Source: Cyanidioschyzon merolae (lineage: Eukaryota). Taken from it: 64,000 nt of DNA. The stretch is from NCBI GenBank assembly GCA_000091205.1, contig AP006486.2; one strand, given 5' to 3'. Position numbers and translations under genes: made by a program. The notes below the pieces were generated by a model. That model made no database searches, was not told the DNA's origin, and was given only the letters and a program-made list of their open reading frames with translations. Positions 22,842 through 34,616 of the stretch are shown here, one piece after another (the stretch's first letter is position 1; the number at the start of each line of letters is the position of its first letter).

Positions 22842-23687
22842 ATGCAGGCGGGAGGCGCTGAAATTTGGCCAGGTGCGGGTGCTGGTACCGCTGCAGGCAC
22901 TGGTGGTTCAGATGCGACTCCAGTCGCGGCGGCAGCGACCACGACAACGGGAGCTAGCCGCTCCTTCAGCGTACGCGACTGGGAGGCACGCCTTAGACAG
23001 GTTCGGGTCGACAAACGCGATATCAATCGCCTCGTGATGAACTATTTCGTGGTGGAAGGATATGCGGATGCAGCGGCTGCGTTTGCCAGCGAGTCGGGTA
23101 TGGAGCCGGGGGTGGACCTCAGTGCAACCCAGCAGCGGCTGGAAGCTCGAGCGCTCGTCGAGGAAGGTCGCATCCTGGAGGCCATCCAAAGAGTGAACGC
23201 GCTTAACCCTGAAGTTCTGGACTCGAACCCGACGTTGCACTTTCGTTTGCAAAAACAGCGCCTTATCGAGTTGATTCGACAGGGTTGTATCGAAGAAGCG
23301 ATCACCTTCGCACAGGCGGAGCTGGCGCCTCTCGGACAGACCGATGAAAGTTATCTGGAGGAGCTGGAGAGAGCGATGGCGCTCCTTATCTACGATACGG
23401 CAACGCAACACCCCGACACTTCCATGGTTCAAGAACTCCTCGACGAACGACAGCGGACCCGGTTGGCGAGTGAGTTGAATGCTGCCATTCTGGCGAATCA
23501 GAATCAAGAGATTTCGCACAAGCTGCCTCGCCTTATTCGACTCATGCGGTATGCTGAGCGGGACCTGCGCAGTCGCGGTGTCGTGTTTCCTGAACTAGAC
23601 CTGGAGACGGGCGTGCTACGCGAGTCGTCGGTGTCGGCGACTTCGACTCAGGCAGAGCCAGAGCCCATGGCGGATCCATCGGCATGA
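22842..23687 (+). CDS. GID8: GID8/TWA1 homolog (LisH-CTLH-CRA protein of the GID/CTLH E3 ligase complex)
   Basis: DINRLVMNYFVVEGYADAAAAFASESGMEPGVDL matches human TWA1 [34 protein letters not shown] (LisH). LHFRLQKQRLIELIRQG matches LYFHLQQQHLIELIRQ (CTLH). First ATG at 22842 (the track starts at TTG 22797). Confidence 0.85.
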   Translation: MQAGGAEIWPGAGAGTAAGTGGSDATPVAAAATTTTGASRSFSVRDWEARLRQVRVDKRDINRLVMNYFVVEGYADAAAAFASESGMEPGVDLSATQQRLEARALVEEGRILEAIQRVNALNPEVLDSNPTLHFRLQKQRLIELIRQGCIEEAITFAQAELAPLGQTDESYLEELERAMALLIYDTATQHPDTSMVQELLDERQRTRLASELNAAILANQNQEISHKLPRLIRLMRYAERDLRSRGVVFPELDLETGVLRESSVSATSTQAEPEPMADPSA

Positions 23688-24197
23688 CAAGGCCCAGTGA
23701 TGCAGCATGACTCACGAGTACGATCAAACCCCGAAGACGCAGATCGCATCCGCTGCTGTTTTCGCGGTGCTCTGGGTTACCTGATAAAGGGAGCGATTGC
23801 GAGTACACACCAGAAGCCAGGGACTCCAAGGTGATCACCTGCGGCACACGCTGTCCCGAAAGTGAATGAGCCGCGGGGTCATGCGCGAAGAGTATCTCTG
23901 GGCATTCTCCGGTTCACGGTGTTCAGCATTGATCCCATCGATGCTGGTGATAACTGATTCCGGGAAGTCGCTCGTGTGGTTTATAGCTTGCTCGATGTGA
24001 CGAATTAAGAGCAGTCCACGCGATGAGGCATATCGACTTTTAGCACTCGCGTGGCGGGTCGTAGGCATCAATTCAGACTCCCTGTTACGATTCGGGTCCA
24101 TAGGAAAAGGCCGTGATTTAGCTGGATGTCTGCACCAAGGCTGCGATTTTTGCAAGCATCAAATCCATATGTGGACGTGGTCGAACACTGAACATTG

Positions 24198-24250
24198 CCG
24201 TCGCCGCCGCCGCCGCCGCCGCCACTACCACCACTACCACTACCACTCCC
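24198..24250. repeat. (GCC)n followed by (CCA/CTA)n trinucleotide microsatellite
   Basis: gccgtcgccgccgccgccgccgccgccactaccaccactaccactaccactccc. Confidence 0.8.
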
Positions 24251-24617
24251 TGCCGCAGTGCCCCGCGACAGAAAAGTTCCCCATCGCGATACCACATCGA
24301 AGCCGTGCGACGCTAGGCATGTCCATGGACGCTGGTGACGCCATCCAATGACCCAAGGAGCGATCCGCTCTCTTTCTAACGACGCCGAGTCACGCCGTGA
24401 TCAGGCGCTTGTGATCGAGCTAGCGTCAAACAGCGAATGATCATGGCAATCTTGCTGCATGCTTCGCGCAAGAAGTTTCCGGCCTGTACGATCGCAAACG
24501 TGATGCTACAACGTGACTGCTAATCCACGATTCTATCGTGCATCGGTTGTACGCTTGTGTGCACGTTGCCGTCTATGCCAGATGGAGCTAGGCAAGCGCA
24601 CTTTCCCCAAGATTGCT

Positions 24618-25523
24618 CTAGCGGGCCAAAATCCCCTCTAATGGACCTTGCTGCGCATTCGATTGCGCAACGGCAACCATGAATGCCAGAACAACATCTA
24701 CTTGCACATCCAATGGAGCAACGGTTTCCATTGGACAGTGCAGGAAAAAAGTCTGCCACAGATGATGCCCGTTCTCCGCAAGACCCTCAAATGCGGAGAG
24801 ATAAAATAAGTAATTACATAAGAAACGACCCGCGTCGTCATTGACACGCACTGTCCAGTTCGTTCGACCCCACTCGTTCAGCAGGGACTCGGTGCGTTCA
24901 CAGAGAGAGGCCAACGCTTCCCCGTCAAGTTCGTAGCGTGCACCGAGCTGAGCACCACGGACGATTGGAATCGGCGTTGTCGGTTGCCAGCCTCTTTCAT
25001 CGGGGAATCGAAAAAGCGCCTCATTCACAGCACTGCGCTCGACGAGGAAACCATCCGCGGATGCGTCAACTCCGAGATGCAAGAAACAGACCGTCCTGTT
25101 TCTGCCATCTGACGAGATATTTGGTTTTTGTCGCATTTGGAGGCACTGGGTTTTCATTTCCGCAAGCGTCTCGTGAGCCGCTGCTGCCGACACCTCGAGG
25201 ATCCGCAGATCGACGATTCGCACAAGCCGCTCGTGCAACATCTGAACGCGACCTGGATCCTGCAGGATTTCTCGTAGTCGCAGCACGACACGCTCCGTCG
25301 GGTTGTCTTCCATAAGCGCAAACCGGCCAAATCCAGTGATGTAAAAGTATGTGACTGCTTTCGATAGCGATGGAGGCGCTCTTGGCAGGTCAACCACCTG
25401 CAGTTCGTTTTCATGCTCAGCGTTCGTCACTTGAGCTGACGAAACATACGTTGAATGAGCACCGCCCAGGTGGCCTGTTTCTTCGTGCGCTCCCACAGGT
25501 TTCGAAGTGCTCGCTGCGCGCAT
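24618..25523 (-). CDS. Pyroglutamyl-peptidase I-like (peptidase C15) with a ~55-aa N-terminal extension
   Basis: YITGFGRF..NPTE matches VVTGFGPF..NASW. LHLGVDASADGFLVERSAVNEA matches VHVGVSGMATTVTLEKCGHN. DAGRFLCNYLFYLS matches DAGRYLCDFTYYTSL (catalytic Cys). FLHCPM matches FVHVPP (His). First ATG at 25523 (the track starts at GTG 25550). Confidence 0.65.
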   Translation of the reverse strand: MRAASTSKPVGAHEETGHLGGAHSTYVSSAQVTNAEHENELQVVDLPRAPPSLSKAVTYFYITGFGRFALMEDNPTERVVLRLREILQDPGRVQMLHERLVRIVDLRILEVSAAAAHETLAEMKTQCLQMRQKPNISSDGRNRTVCFLHLGVDASADGFLVERSAVNEALFRFPDERGWQPTTPIPIVRGAQLGARYELDGEALASLCERTESLLNEWGRTNWTVRVNDDAGRFLCNYLFYLSAFEGLAENGHHLWQTFFLHCPMETVAPLDVQVDVVLAFMVAVAQSNAQQGPLEGILAR

Positions 25524-25624
25524 CCCAGTGAGCCACGCTCTCCCCTGCACCGCACACCAACAACGAACGCCTCAAAAGACAAAAGTTGCTGCAGGCAGTG
25601 TACAGTAGTGCGGAGAAACCCGCC

Positions 25625-26381
25625 CTAGACAACTCGTCGCCAACTGACTTGCAGACGCCTCCTGGTCTTTTCGGACCGGCCACCTACAACTGATTCCATC
25701 TTTTTCTCATATAATTCAACTTTTAGAAGTTGTCCCACAAAGTTCGCTCGTGTCGACGCTGGAGGTCTCGTCTCCAGCATCGCACTTTTCCTTATATGGA
25801 TTGCTGCGTTACAGCCTCGGTTCATAAACTCCATTCGTTTATTGCCGCTGGTGGAAGTCACCATTTTAAGGAGTCCTTGAAGTCGTGCCTTCCGTTCCAT
25901 TTCATTTGCTGTCACCTCACCGTACTTTTCTATATCTTCTAGGATTTGCTGGCTCTTCCCCGTCTCGGCCGTCTGAATTGTACGCCCCAGTTCATCCCAT
26001 AATATTTTAAAATCAAGGCACTGCTTTATGCATTTAGCTGAGGACATTCCCGGAGGAGATAGCACTTGCGCAGAAAGGACGACAGGTGCCCCGGTAGTGT
26101 TGTATGCTGAGCGCTTCAGCGATTCGCTCCATGCATCGATCGATACGTTTCACGATACAAAACACTCCCTCAATGGGGTAGACCAACGGAAACCACTAAA
26201 GAATGAAAACCAGCTCTATCCAGACAGAATCGGCAAGATCTCGAACGCAACAGGAATGATGAAATGCCAGTTTGTCCCGTAGAAGGACGTCGTTAGACGT
26301 CAGGGAAAAGGGACCCTTAATTCGACAACGTGGTTGAACCTGTTGTACGAGGCTGCTCTTCAAGTTCGATCTTATACACAA
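25625..26381 (-). pseudogene. Decayed TnpB/Fanzor-like relic related to the 38598-39752 ORF (frameshifted, internal stop, inactive RuvC-III)
   Basis: Minus reading ILEDIEKYGEVTANEMERKARLQGLLKMVTSTSGNKRMEFMNRGCNAAIHI...TRPPASTRANFVGQLLKVELYEKKMESVVGG aligns colinearly with RTPEDIAKYGPLTEEQMERMAKVRGLLALGSTINGKKRMEFVSRDFNAAINV...RRPPELKRENFTGQSLKVELYERKLEAVVAG. SRD has become NRG. Upstream, ..AYNTTGAPVVLSAQ (matching KGTTPAPTIRT) follows an in-frame TGA at ~26150, and an earlier segment is in another frame. Confidence 0.5.
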
Positions 26382-27575
26382 CGGACTCTGATTGCTCGTG
26401 TACGCTCAGAGCGTTTCGTACGAGGCAAGTCGCATCGACTAAAAAAACAAACCGACGTCCTTGTGCTTCATATCCATAGTGACTTTCCAGGAGCTTTGTT
26501 GTAGTTGCTGTTTCTGTCGAAGATGGCCGTGTTTGGACTAGGACTTTTTTGCGACGATATGTCTCAGTGTTTTTGGGACCGCACGAACAGACTTCTGCGA
26601 AACAGAGACGCCGTTTGCGGCTACGATCATCGCTTTTCTTTGCTTCCCGTAAGGTGATCGACGAGTAGTTTTAAACCATGGACCGCAACCAGTCTCTAAG
26701 AAGATCGATTTTCGGTACGTAACTCAAATCCTGCTTCCTTCCCGTGCTCCTCGACCATCAGAGTACTGTGATATAACTGACGTGAAGGATGGATGCAGAC
26801 CTCGTTGCACTTTTCAGCAAAGAATATATCTTGTAGGCCATTCGTCTACGATATATGCGGCACGTTTCATCGATATTTCGATCCCTTACTATACACTGCG
26901 ACAAAGCATTCGAATACTCTCTCCGCGGGGACGAAACAGCATGTAGTAGAATGGCGATCCATCCAGCGGTGCGAATCGCACCGTCCACGAGTTGCGTTTA
27001 ACGTCCAGAGATCGAAAACTTGAAGAGTGTCTCTTTTGAGCATGCACCATAGAGGCAATGGAGAAGAATGTGTGCTTGCACGTATGCACTACCTCATGAT
27101 ATGGGTTCTATGTCGAACGCTTATTCGGATGCGTTGTGAATCACCATGATTTCGATGATGTACCGAGTTCCAGCGCAAAATATTCGATAGAATCGCTCTG
27201 GGAATCCGACCGAAAACCCTGACACTACACATGAACTCGTATGCCCCGGTCGCTGCACTTCGAATCCAGATGCTGTACACCAAAAAATAAAAGTGAAAAG
27301 AAATAGAAAGGTAGGCGCAGAACGAACACTTCAACAGACCACCTCCAGTTCGATACGACTACTGGTTTGCACCGACGCGCCTGTACGTCGCGTCACAGGT
27401 CGCAACGGATGACGCTTTGGGGTGGGCGTTCGCGCGTACCGCTCCCTAGAGCAAGAACGCGAATAAAACAGCTCCGAGTGTGAGGAGCTTCGGCTCTACC
27501 CGATAGACGCTGTGGTGCGAGATACGACTGCGCGATAGGGAACCTCCGGCGCCGGTGGAACGACGACGCTCGGGA

Positions 27576-28352
27576 ATGAGCGCGGACTCTGGAAAATGTG
27601 CAGCGTGTTGCGTTGAGCACTGCCTCTGTAAGCGCGAAGCCGTTTTCCGAGCTCACCAAGTTCACTGCGTTGAGGTCGAGAACGAGCCAACGCACCCCGA
27701 GCTATTCCGGAACGAGTGGGTGCGAGTCTACGCAGGCATCCTCGCAATAGGGAACTGTACCTTGTTCCATAGGCACACGAGAGATACCCTATACGTGACG
27801 CTTCGAGACGCAAGCCTACTGAATGAATACTTTGTGGACCCGTCGCTTCGAGATGCGCACACAAAGACCTACCGACACGATGCGAGGCGTTTCGAGGTCT
27901 TTGGGCGGTGGCACGCTACCGACCAGAACCCACTTGTCCACCGGGTGTGTTATCCGTCGGACTGGGCGAAATCGCTTGCCGACCGCAGCGCTTCTCCTAC
28001 AACACTCTTTATTGGAATCGAGTTTCTGGCGTATCCTGAAGTGAGTCCAGCACTTATCGTCGCAGACGCTGTCCGCATCGAGAGCGTCGCGGAGTACCTG
28101 CAGGAGCCGAGTAGTCCACGTATGCGTCTCTGGCGTCTTCGCGAAAACCTTGAAGCGATTCGATTGCCTTTTCACTGTGTTGTGATCGAGTGGAGCTCGC
28201 CTCTGGATGAGCACTGGGATACAACTGATCTCGCAACATTAATGAAGCTCACTGCTAGTCGAGTGCGATTCGTTCCGGCTGGTGTGCAGCAGCTGCGCGT
28301 GTTGGCTAATACGCTCGTGGTAGAGCTGAGGTCAAGAACCGATCCATCTTGA
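27576..28352 (+). CDS. Hypothetical protein
   Basis: 258-codon ORF from the first ATG (the track starts at GTG 27555). Composition is protein-like (…LFIGIEFLAYPEVSPALIVADAVRIESVAEYLQEP…). No family recognised. Confidence 0.35.
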   Translation: MSADSGKCAACCVEHCLCKREAVFRAHQVHCVEVENEPTHPELFRNEWVRVYAGILAIGNCTLFHRHTRDTLYVTLRDASLLNEYFVDPSLRDAHTKTYRHDARRFEVFGRWHATDQNPLVHRVCYPSDWAKSLADRSASPTTLFIGIEFLAYPEVSPALIVADAVRIESVAEYLQEPSSPRMRLWRLRENLEAIRLPFHCVVIEWSSPLDEHWDTTDLATLMKLTASRVRFVPAGVQQLRVLANTLVVELRSRTDPS

Positions 28353-28752
28353 CTGGCGCTATCAAACGATCGGTAACGGAAGCTGAAGGCTTCGGCTGGC
28401 ACCAGGTGCTCTGGTGACGGCATGCTGGTCGTGAACAGTGCGTCACCAAGCCGTATGGCGCACCACGGTTTCCCAGTACGTATGTAAAACAAGCGCGTAC
28501 CCTACACGTTCGTATTCAGGGTGATGACGAGTCGCCGCCACGGTATGCCGGGAAAATCATCCGAGTGCGCTTTCGCTGCTCGAATACTGAGCATCATCAC
28601 GAGTCTGGGTGCGTTTCACTGCACGAGTTGCAACGATCATAGAATCCGCCATCATCCAAGAGTGACGAAACGTCACATACGCACCGGCCTCGCACCTCCA
28701 AGTCAGGACGTGCCCATCAGCACGCAAACAGGTTCTGCGACCTGCTGTGCTT

Positions 28753-29688
28753 TCACCAAATGAAAGGAAACATGCGTTTCCTCGACCGGGGATAGAGGGT
28801 TCCGAATTCCTTCAGATACTGGCGATGCTTCGCCTGGGCCCAGATCATCATCTGCAGTGTACCCACGAGCATAAACAGGATGCCTGCGATTGTTTGCGTC
28901 ATCAAGTTAAATCCCACCCACGCCAGTACCTCAAATGTGTAGTTCGGACACGACACAAGCTCGAAAAGGAAGCCGTACGGGATCTGCCGCAGGCGCGTTC
29001 CCGCGGGTCTCAACTGCCGCAGGCGCCAGTGGCACACCAGGTTGCCCAGCTCACCGATGCCAAAGCACAACACGCCTATCCAAAACTGGATATGAGACGC
29101 GACCGGCGTATAGCGCGGATGACAAACGAAGTACGCAACATAGGTCGCAAAGCCCCAGTAATACGCGCAGTTCTTGACGAGATTGCGCCATGGCATTGTC
29201 GCGTTTGAAAAGCGATGAACGAAAAGCGTCTCTAGTTCCCTTTTCGCAAAGTGCAGCGTCCACGCCACTAGAGCCGCCCTCTGTTGGGGAAGCGCCCGAT
29301 GCCACGCGTAGCTAAAGTCCAGACCCCCTAGTTGCAGAGTGAAGACAATCGGAAACAGGACCAGGGGTCCTAAGTATTCAGCGAGGAAGACACCCCGCCA
29401 AGAGACCTGCGGCCCCAGATCTTTGAAGTGCACCACAAAGTCCTGCGCCCCAGCATCAACTCGAATTCCATACTCCTCCAGTTTGTGACCTGCTTCGAGC
29501 AGGCTACGAGCTTTGGGTGCTGAGGCAACCCCCGTGGGCAGCGTCAAGCGCTGACGCAACGGCTTCACCCGAGGTCCCTGGAGCCACAGCAGTTGCTGGA
29601 GGTCGTCCACAGTCTGTGGAGCGCCTGGCTCTCTTAGCGACAAACGCAAGAGCTCCCTGCCGGATCTCGATTGAATCGACAGGCTCAT
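28753..29688 (-). CDS. TECR: Very-long-chain enoyl-CoA reductase (TECR/Tsc13-like; 3-oxo-5-alpha-steroid 4-dehydrogenase family) with N-terminal ubiquitin-like domain
   Basis: ATG at 29688 (minus). C-terminal IPYGFLFELVSCPNYTFEVLAWVGFNLMTQT matches the IPxGGxFxYVSxPNYxGExxEW reductase motif. VHRFS..NCAYYWGF plus multiple TM helices. The N-terminal ~80 aa is UBL-like. Confidence 0.8.
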   Translation of the reverse strand: MSLSIQSRSGRELLRLSLREPGAPQTVDDLQQLLWLQGPRVKPLRQRLTLPTGVASAPKARSLLEAGHKLEEYGIRVDAGAQDFVVHFKDLGPQVSWRGVFLAEYLGPLVLFPIVFTLQLGGLDFSYAWHRALPQQRAALVAWTLHFAKRELETLFVHRFSNATMPWRNLVKNCAYYWGFATYVAYFVCHPRYTPVASHIQFWIGVLCFGIGELGNLVCHWRLRQLRPAGTRLRQIPYGFLFELVSCPNYTFEVLAWVGFNLMTQTIAGILFMLVGTLQMMIWAQAKHRQYLKEFGTLYPRSRKRMFPFIW

Positions 29689-32600
29689 TTCCAGTCAAAA
29701 CTTCAACGGTGATAGCGCAGGCTAAAAGCGCTCGTTCCCTTTGCAGAGGCCTCGCTGAGCGTCCGAACGCCAAGGTCAAGCGCTCGAGCGGGGATGGGGT
29801 ACGCTTCAAGCGCCGCGTCTGCGCTGCTCGTTTCATAAAAGGGTCAGTTGGATACCGGCAGGTTTCTGCTGCCACAGCCGAATACGTCACGATGTGCCTG
29901 AAACCTGTACGGACTCCAGGAAGGAAACGAGTGCTTTTTAGGATTAGAAATTAACTGCGGAGCTTTTGAATTGCGACAAAAACAGCACGACCAGGAAAAG
30001 CAGTTGACGTTGGGTTGCACGCTCGAACGTGTACAACCCGCGGACGATTCTGCTGAAGATGCGAACTGGGAACCGAATATCGAAGAATTATCTTTATTAT
30101 TAGGAAATGTTCAGGTTTCGCGAGATCAAGGCTAAGACAGCGTACCAGATTTACGCGTTGAGTTGATCTCACGAGTTGCCGGCAGCAGAGGTGTCTGAAT
30201 GAAGCAGCAACCTAGCGGTACGTTGGCCCGCGCTCCAGTGGGAACCCGGGACCCTGCAGCAGGCTGCGGACGCTTCCTCATGGTCATCGTGAACGTTTCT
30301 ACACGCTGAACGCTTTGAACAAGTGCATCGACGGTTGGTCGGAACACTTTGCGTCACGTCTGGTGGACGGCACCTCGCTATGCGCACAACGCTGCAACAG
30401 CGCAGTGTGTGCCAGCGTGTCGCTCACCAAAGATGCCTGGTAGTTGACGGCAGTGCTGCGTTTTGGCAGTGTCGTGCATCCTCGAAAGAAGAAGCGAAAG
30501 CGACAAACGTCCCTGATTCATGGCAGATGCTGTGGTATGGAATGGAGCCGGATGCAAGTTGCGACTGAACCGGCGATTCTATGCTCCTTTGACGTAAAGC
30601 AGAGCGTGTTGGAACACCTTTGCCAGAACGGACTTTCGGTTTGTGTTTTGTTTCACACAGGTATTCAAGAAATGGGTTGTATCCTGTAGATTGGAGAAAG
30701 GTCGCGCAAAGAGATTGTATGAAGTCATTGCGAGCTTGTGAAAAGAAACAGTTTTTCTCATACGAGTCAGTCGGTCCACGGTCAGCCGGCAGATGCGCTG
30801 CCCGGCCTCGTTGTCCTGGTTCTAAGCGCCGCGTACTCAAAACAGAAGTTATTCAACCCCATTTGCTTCGCTGTTTGGTCGACAATCCATTACAATCTGT
30901 CCGTTCCTTGAGGATTACTACTACTGGAGAATCAACAGAATAGGCCGTGTTCGCACCGCTGAAGCAAATGTTAATAAAAGAGCACCGATGGGCAAAGGAA
31001 GTGAAAGCATGCTTCACTGGGAGGTCATCGCGTGCTGACCAACATGCCGTTGATTTCGTACGAGGACACGAACGCTTCTGCTTTCAGGTACCAGGGGCGC
31101 GCTTCTCAATCGATCATGCTTGATCCGGGGAGAAATTGCGGACGTGCACATGGGTCATTAAAATGAGGTACAGCGCTGTACGTAAACAGAACACGAGCGG
31201 ATTCGACGATTCCATCAGACCGAGTGGCAATCGAATGTCGTGGTCGTGTACAAACTGACAAGCAGACACGATAGGTTCACACTTGATCCTTCATCGATGG
31301 AGGCTTCGTGAGCTCGCCTCCCTGAATTCTCTCCCCTGCTCGCAGACAATGTCACTTTACATCATTCAAAAGTGGTCACGGATTATGCATCCGGTATTTA
31401 CGAGGATCACCTCTTCATGCCATTGTATTTATCCTGTTCCATTCAGTCGGAGGTGTTATTTCTGTCGTTCAACGCCATTTTTACGCTCAAGGATCAATGA
31501 ACGAGTCGTTCGCACCAGAAACACTGAGGGATGTAGGACGCCATTACGCATAGCAAAGCCTATGATTCGAAGAAGGCTCGCCTTGCTTTCATCTTTTCAA
31601 CGCACCTCGTCAGGCAAATATTTCTCGTAGTTCCGCATACAGGGCTATCTACCGCCCGTATTCCTCAGGAATCTTTCGATCTAGCTTTCGTGCGACAGCA
31701 CAACTGATGCTCAGGAGAGAAGATGCAGTACAGGATGATCGCGTGATCAGAGATTTGCGCGCTTGCTTTTCAGAATACCTGGACTAGTTGCCGCACCACC
31801 TAGGCGGTCGGAGCATTTACCGCGCAGGTGCCGAGAAGCACCAAATCATCCGCCTATACCAAAAGCATACGCGGGTCATTCACCGGAGCTTCATGAAGCG
31901 CGCCTTGAGCGCGTTGTCGCTTCTCTCTACTGACCGAGAAAAGCGGGGTCGCATGAAAGGGATTCTCGGGATGTACGTGGAGGCAACAAAAACTGATTCT
32001 TGCTGAAGAGTTCAGAGAGGTAATGCGTTTAGGAGATATGTCGCAGGGGGCGCGAACATCGCCAGCACTCGCCCAGTCTCATCATGTTGCTTCGTGCCTC
32101 GACCGACAAACGTTGCATCGGAAGGATAGTTCGTATATCTGACGTCTGGCTCTCTCGCGTCTTGCGCTACTACATGTTCCTGCAAAATGCGTCACAGAGT
32201 GAAGCGGACGCCCCCGCCATATCCGAGTAACGTAGCCTCGTCGAGCGTCCATTGGATGCGGTGCTCACACATGTCGGACCAGGGGGCATTCCAACGCCGT
32301 AGAGACTTGTGAATTGTACCGCAGTGTATGAAGGTCTGCGCGGTCAGCTGCGACTGGTCCCTACCCTCAAGTATGAATCATTCGACAGCTTTGCCAAGGG
32401 CATTCACTGGGCGAATTCAAAATTGCCCATGACTAGGGAGTAATTCGAAAGCATTTACCGGGTTTGCAGAGACCGACGGAACATCAGCCTGCATGCACGC
32501 TTCCACGCCTATGCTTCATTCGAGCAACGGATCGCATTTTTAACCGTTCAAGTTGGATGAAGGAGAGATTTCGTGGCGAGCGCGAATGCCTGGGTGAAGG

Positions 32601-32743
32601 GCAACAAGGCGATCGCCAAGCCTCAAAGTCAAGAGGACGGATCCAATATCCCGAACGGGAACCAGATGAAGTTCCTCAATGGTTCATGGACCCGGTATAA
32701 TCGAGCGCCGGGCATGACGGACGATCGGTGAGAAACCAGCGAA

Positions 32744-33621
32744 TAGTAGGTCGGCACCAGGACCCGTGCCAATGCCCCGAACCCTGTCCTGGACAGAGGC
32801 GATGCTGCATACGCTTCATTCAGAGAGTACATGCGGGTCCAGATTTTTCGACCAGACGATCTTTGCTACAAGGACCGGAGAGCATGCTGGCGTCCTCAAC
32901 AACCGATTCCGTTGCTCCATGTCACGAGGCGGTCACTCGCCAACCTCTTCATTGAGATGAAGAACAACAGCACCGATGCGTCGCGTCGTATGCTCGAGAC
33001 CTCTGACGCGGCACGTTTTGGAGAGCGCAACAGCTTCACGTTTGTCCCTTTGATGGACGGGTACAACGCGTGCAGGGATCGGTGCTGCACGATGCCCATT
33101 GATGCCTTCGGAGCGAGATTCACACATCTCGAGCGCAAACTGGCGCTGAAGCGGGCATCCAGGGAGAGCGTAAAGCAGCGACACATCCACGATGTGGTGT
33201 CCGGAAGCATGACCGAGCGTCAGCCTGCCACGAAATCGAAAGCGAGTAACTTGCCGAGCTGGGACTCTACCAGAAACCATGTGCACAAGTCCGTTTTTCT
33301 TCGCAGAGACTTGAACGCCTCAGTGAACGCCAGAAACTATTTTGTGCTTCCGGATTGATCATCGAGTTTGCATTTTTGGCGGTCATCATGTCATTCACCA
33401 GGGTGGTACTTGGATGAAACGCCGAACCCCTTCGATGAACTCATCGGTCGCCACGAGCGACAGACTTCCATCCCGGCCTGGAACGAGGTACGCGTACATG
33501 ATGGAACGGCACGGCGAACGCTGGACACCCAGCACACCCGGATCTCCGTCTCAGGACACTGGAAAAGGCCCCGCATGCCAATGGGTGCACTTTCATGGCG
33601 CTCCACGATTCACCATTACCG
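32744..33621 (+). mobile_element. ~0.9 kb repeat element E2, copy 2
   Basis: Near-identical to 21098-21991 over the whole length, with the same ORF set (32831-33358, 33342-33641). Confidence 0.6.
32831..33358 (+). CDS. ORF of element E2 copy 2 (TnpB-like C-terminal fragment; see 21194-21721)
   Basis: 175 aa, 4 substitutions relative to copy 1. The YNACRDRCC and RRDLNASVNARNYF motifs are retained. Confidence 0.3.
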   Translation: MRVQIFRPDDLCYKDRRACWRPQQPIPLLHVTRRSLANLFIEMKNNSTDASRRMLETSDAARFGERNSFTFVPLMDGYNACRDRCCTMPIDAFGARFTHLERKLALKRASRESVKQRHIHDVVSGSMTERQPATKSKASNLPSWDSTRNHVHKSVFLRRDLNASVNARNYFVLPD

Positions 33622-34074
33622 AGGATGCCTTCCATCGTTGAATGCGTCCGCCTCGTGCAATTCATCGCGTTCCATCAGGAGGTGACGACCTTCTCGCACA
33701 CATTTCAGCCGGATTCCATTCCACGACAATGCGCATGAGCTGTCGATGCGTCGCTTGATCATTCGTTGCAGGTCATCGCGCTCGCCAAACTGGAGTTGTA
33801 GATGATAACCTGTCTAGCGCATGGTGTGTTTACTCGGCAGATCACATGAAAAACTTTAACGCTTCAGGTAAAGTGCTCTATCATCTATCATATACAATTT
33901 GCAGGTCGCTTTGCGGGCCAGCAACGACACCTCAAGCCAGCCAGACTTGTCCGAGCACCGGCAATCTCCATCTCTGTCAACCGTTCATCCGATAATCGCA
34001 TATGCGGTCGCTGGTTCATGCGGCCTGTTTCGAAGCGCAGCACACTGCGCCATGCTGGTGTTCTGCATCCGCAC

Positions 34075-34099
34075 AGACAGACACACACACACACACACC
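34075..34099. repeat. (AC)n microsatellite
   Basis: gacagacacacacacacacacaccaag. Confidence 0.85.
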
Positions 34100-34616
34100 A
34101 AGCACCGTATAGCAACGATCGGAATGTATGTATACGATGCGATGAATGGAGGGGATGTATGATGTGTGCAGTGTATCCCATCGGTGATGCGTATCGCGTC
34201 CACGATGCATGATGCAGGATGTACATCAAATTTGTCGTAGGTGCAGTGTACACAGCACCTGCACGATATCCTGCACCAAGGATATCCTTGATGCGTAGCG
34301 CACCCGCAGTGCAGAATCTGCTCGTGATGCGTTCTGTCTGGAGAGGACGTACCAGTGCGCACCAGTACACTGCTAAAAAGAATCGGTGCTGACGTCACTG
34401 TGGCGCGCATCAGGCATCCGCTATGGTCACACGACGCTGCTGGAACGGACACACGTCCACGAAGACGACGCTCCTGACCAACATCGGCGACTAGCGCCTC
34501 AGTAACACCGTTTCCGTTGATACGTTGGCACACAAGCGATCCCGTCATTCCGTCTATCTTCCGCTTCCATGGCATCCGCACGATGCAGTGCTTTGTCTCA
34601 CGCGTTTCATGATGTA

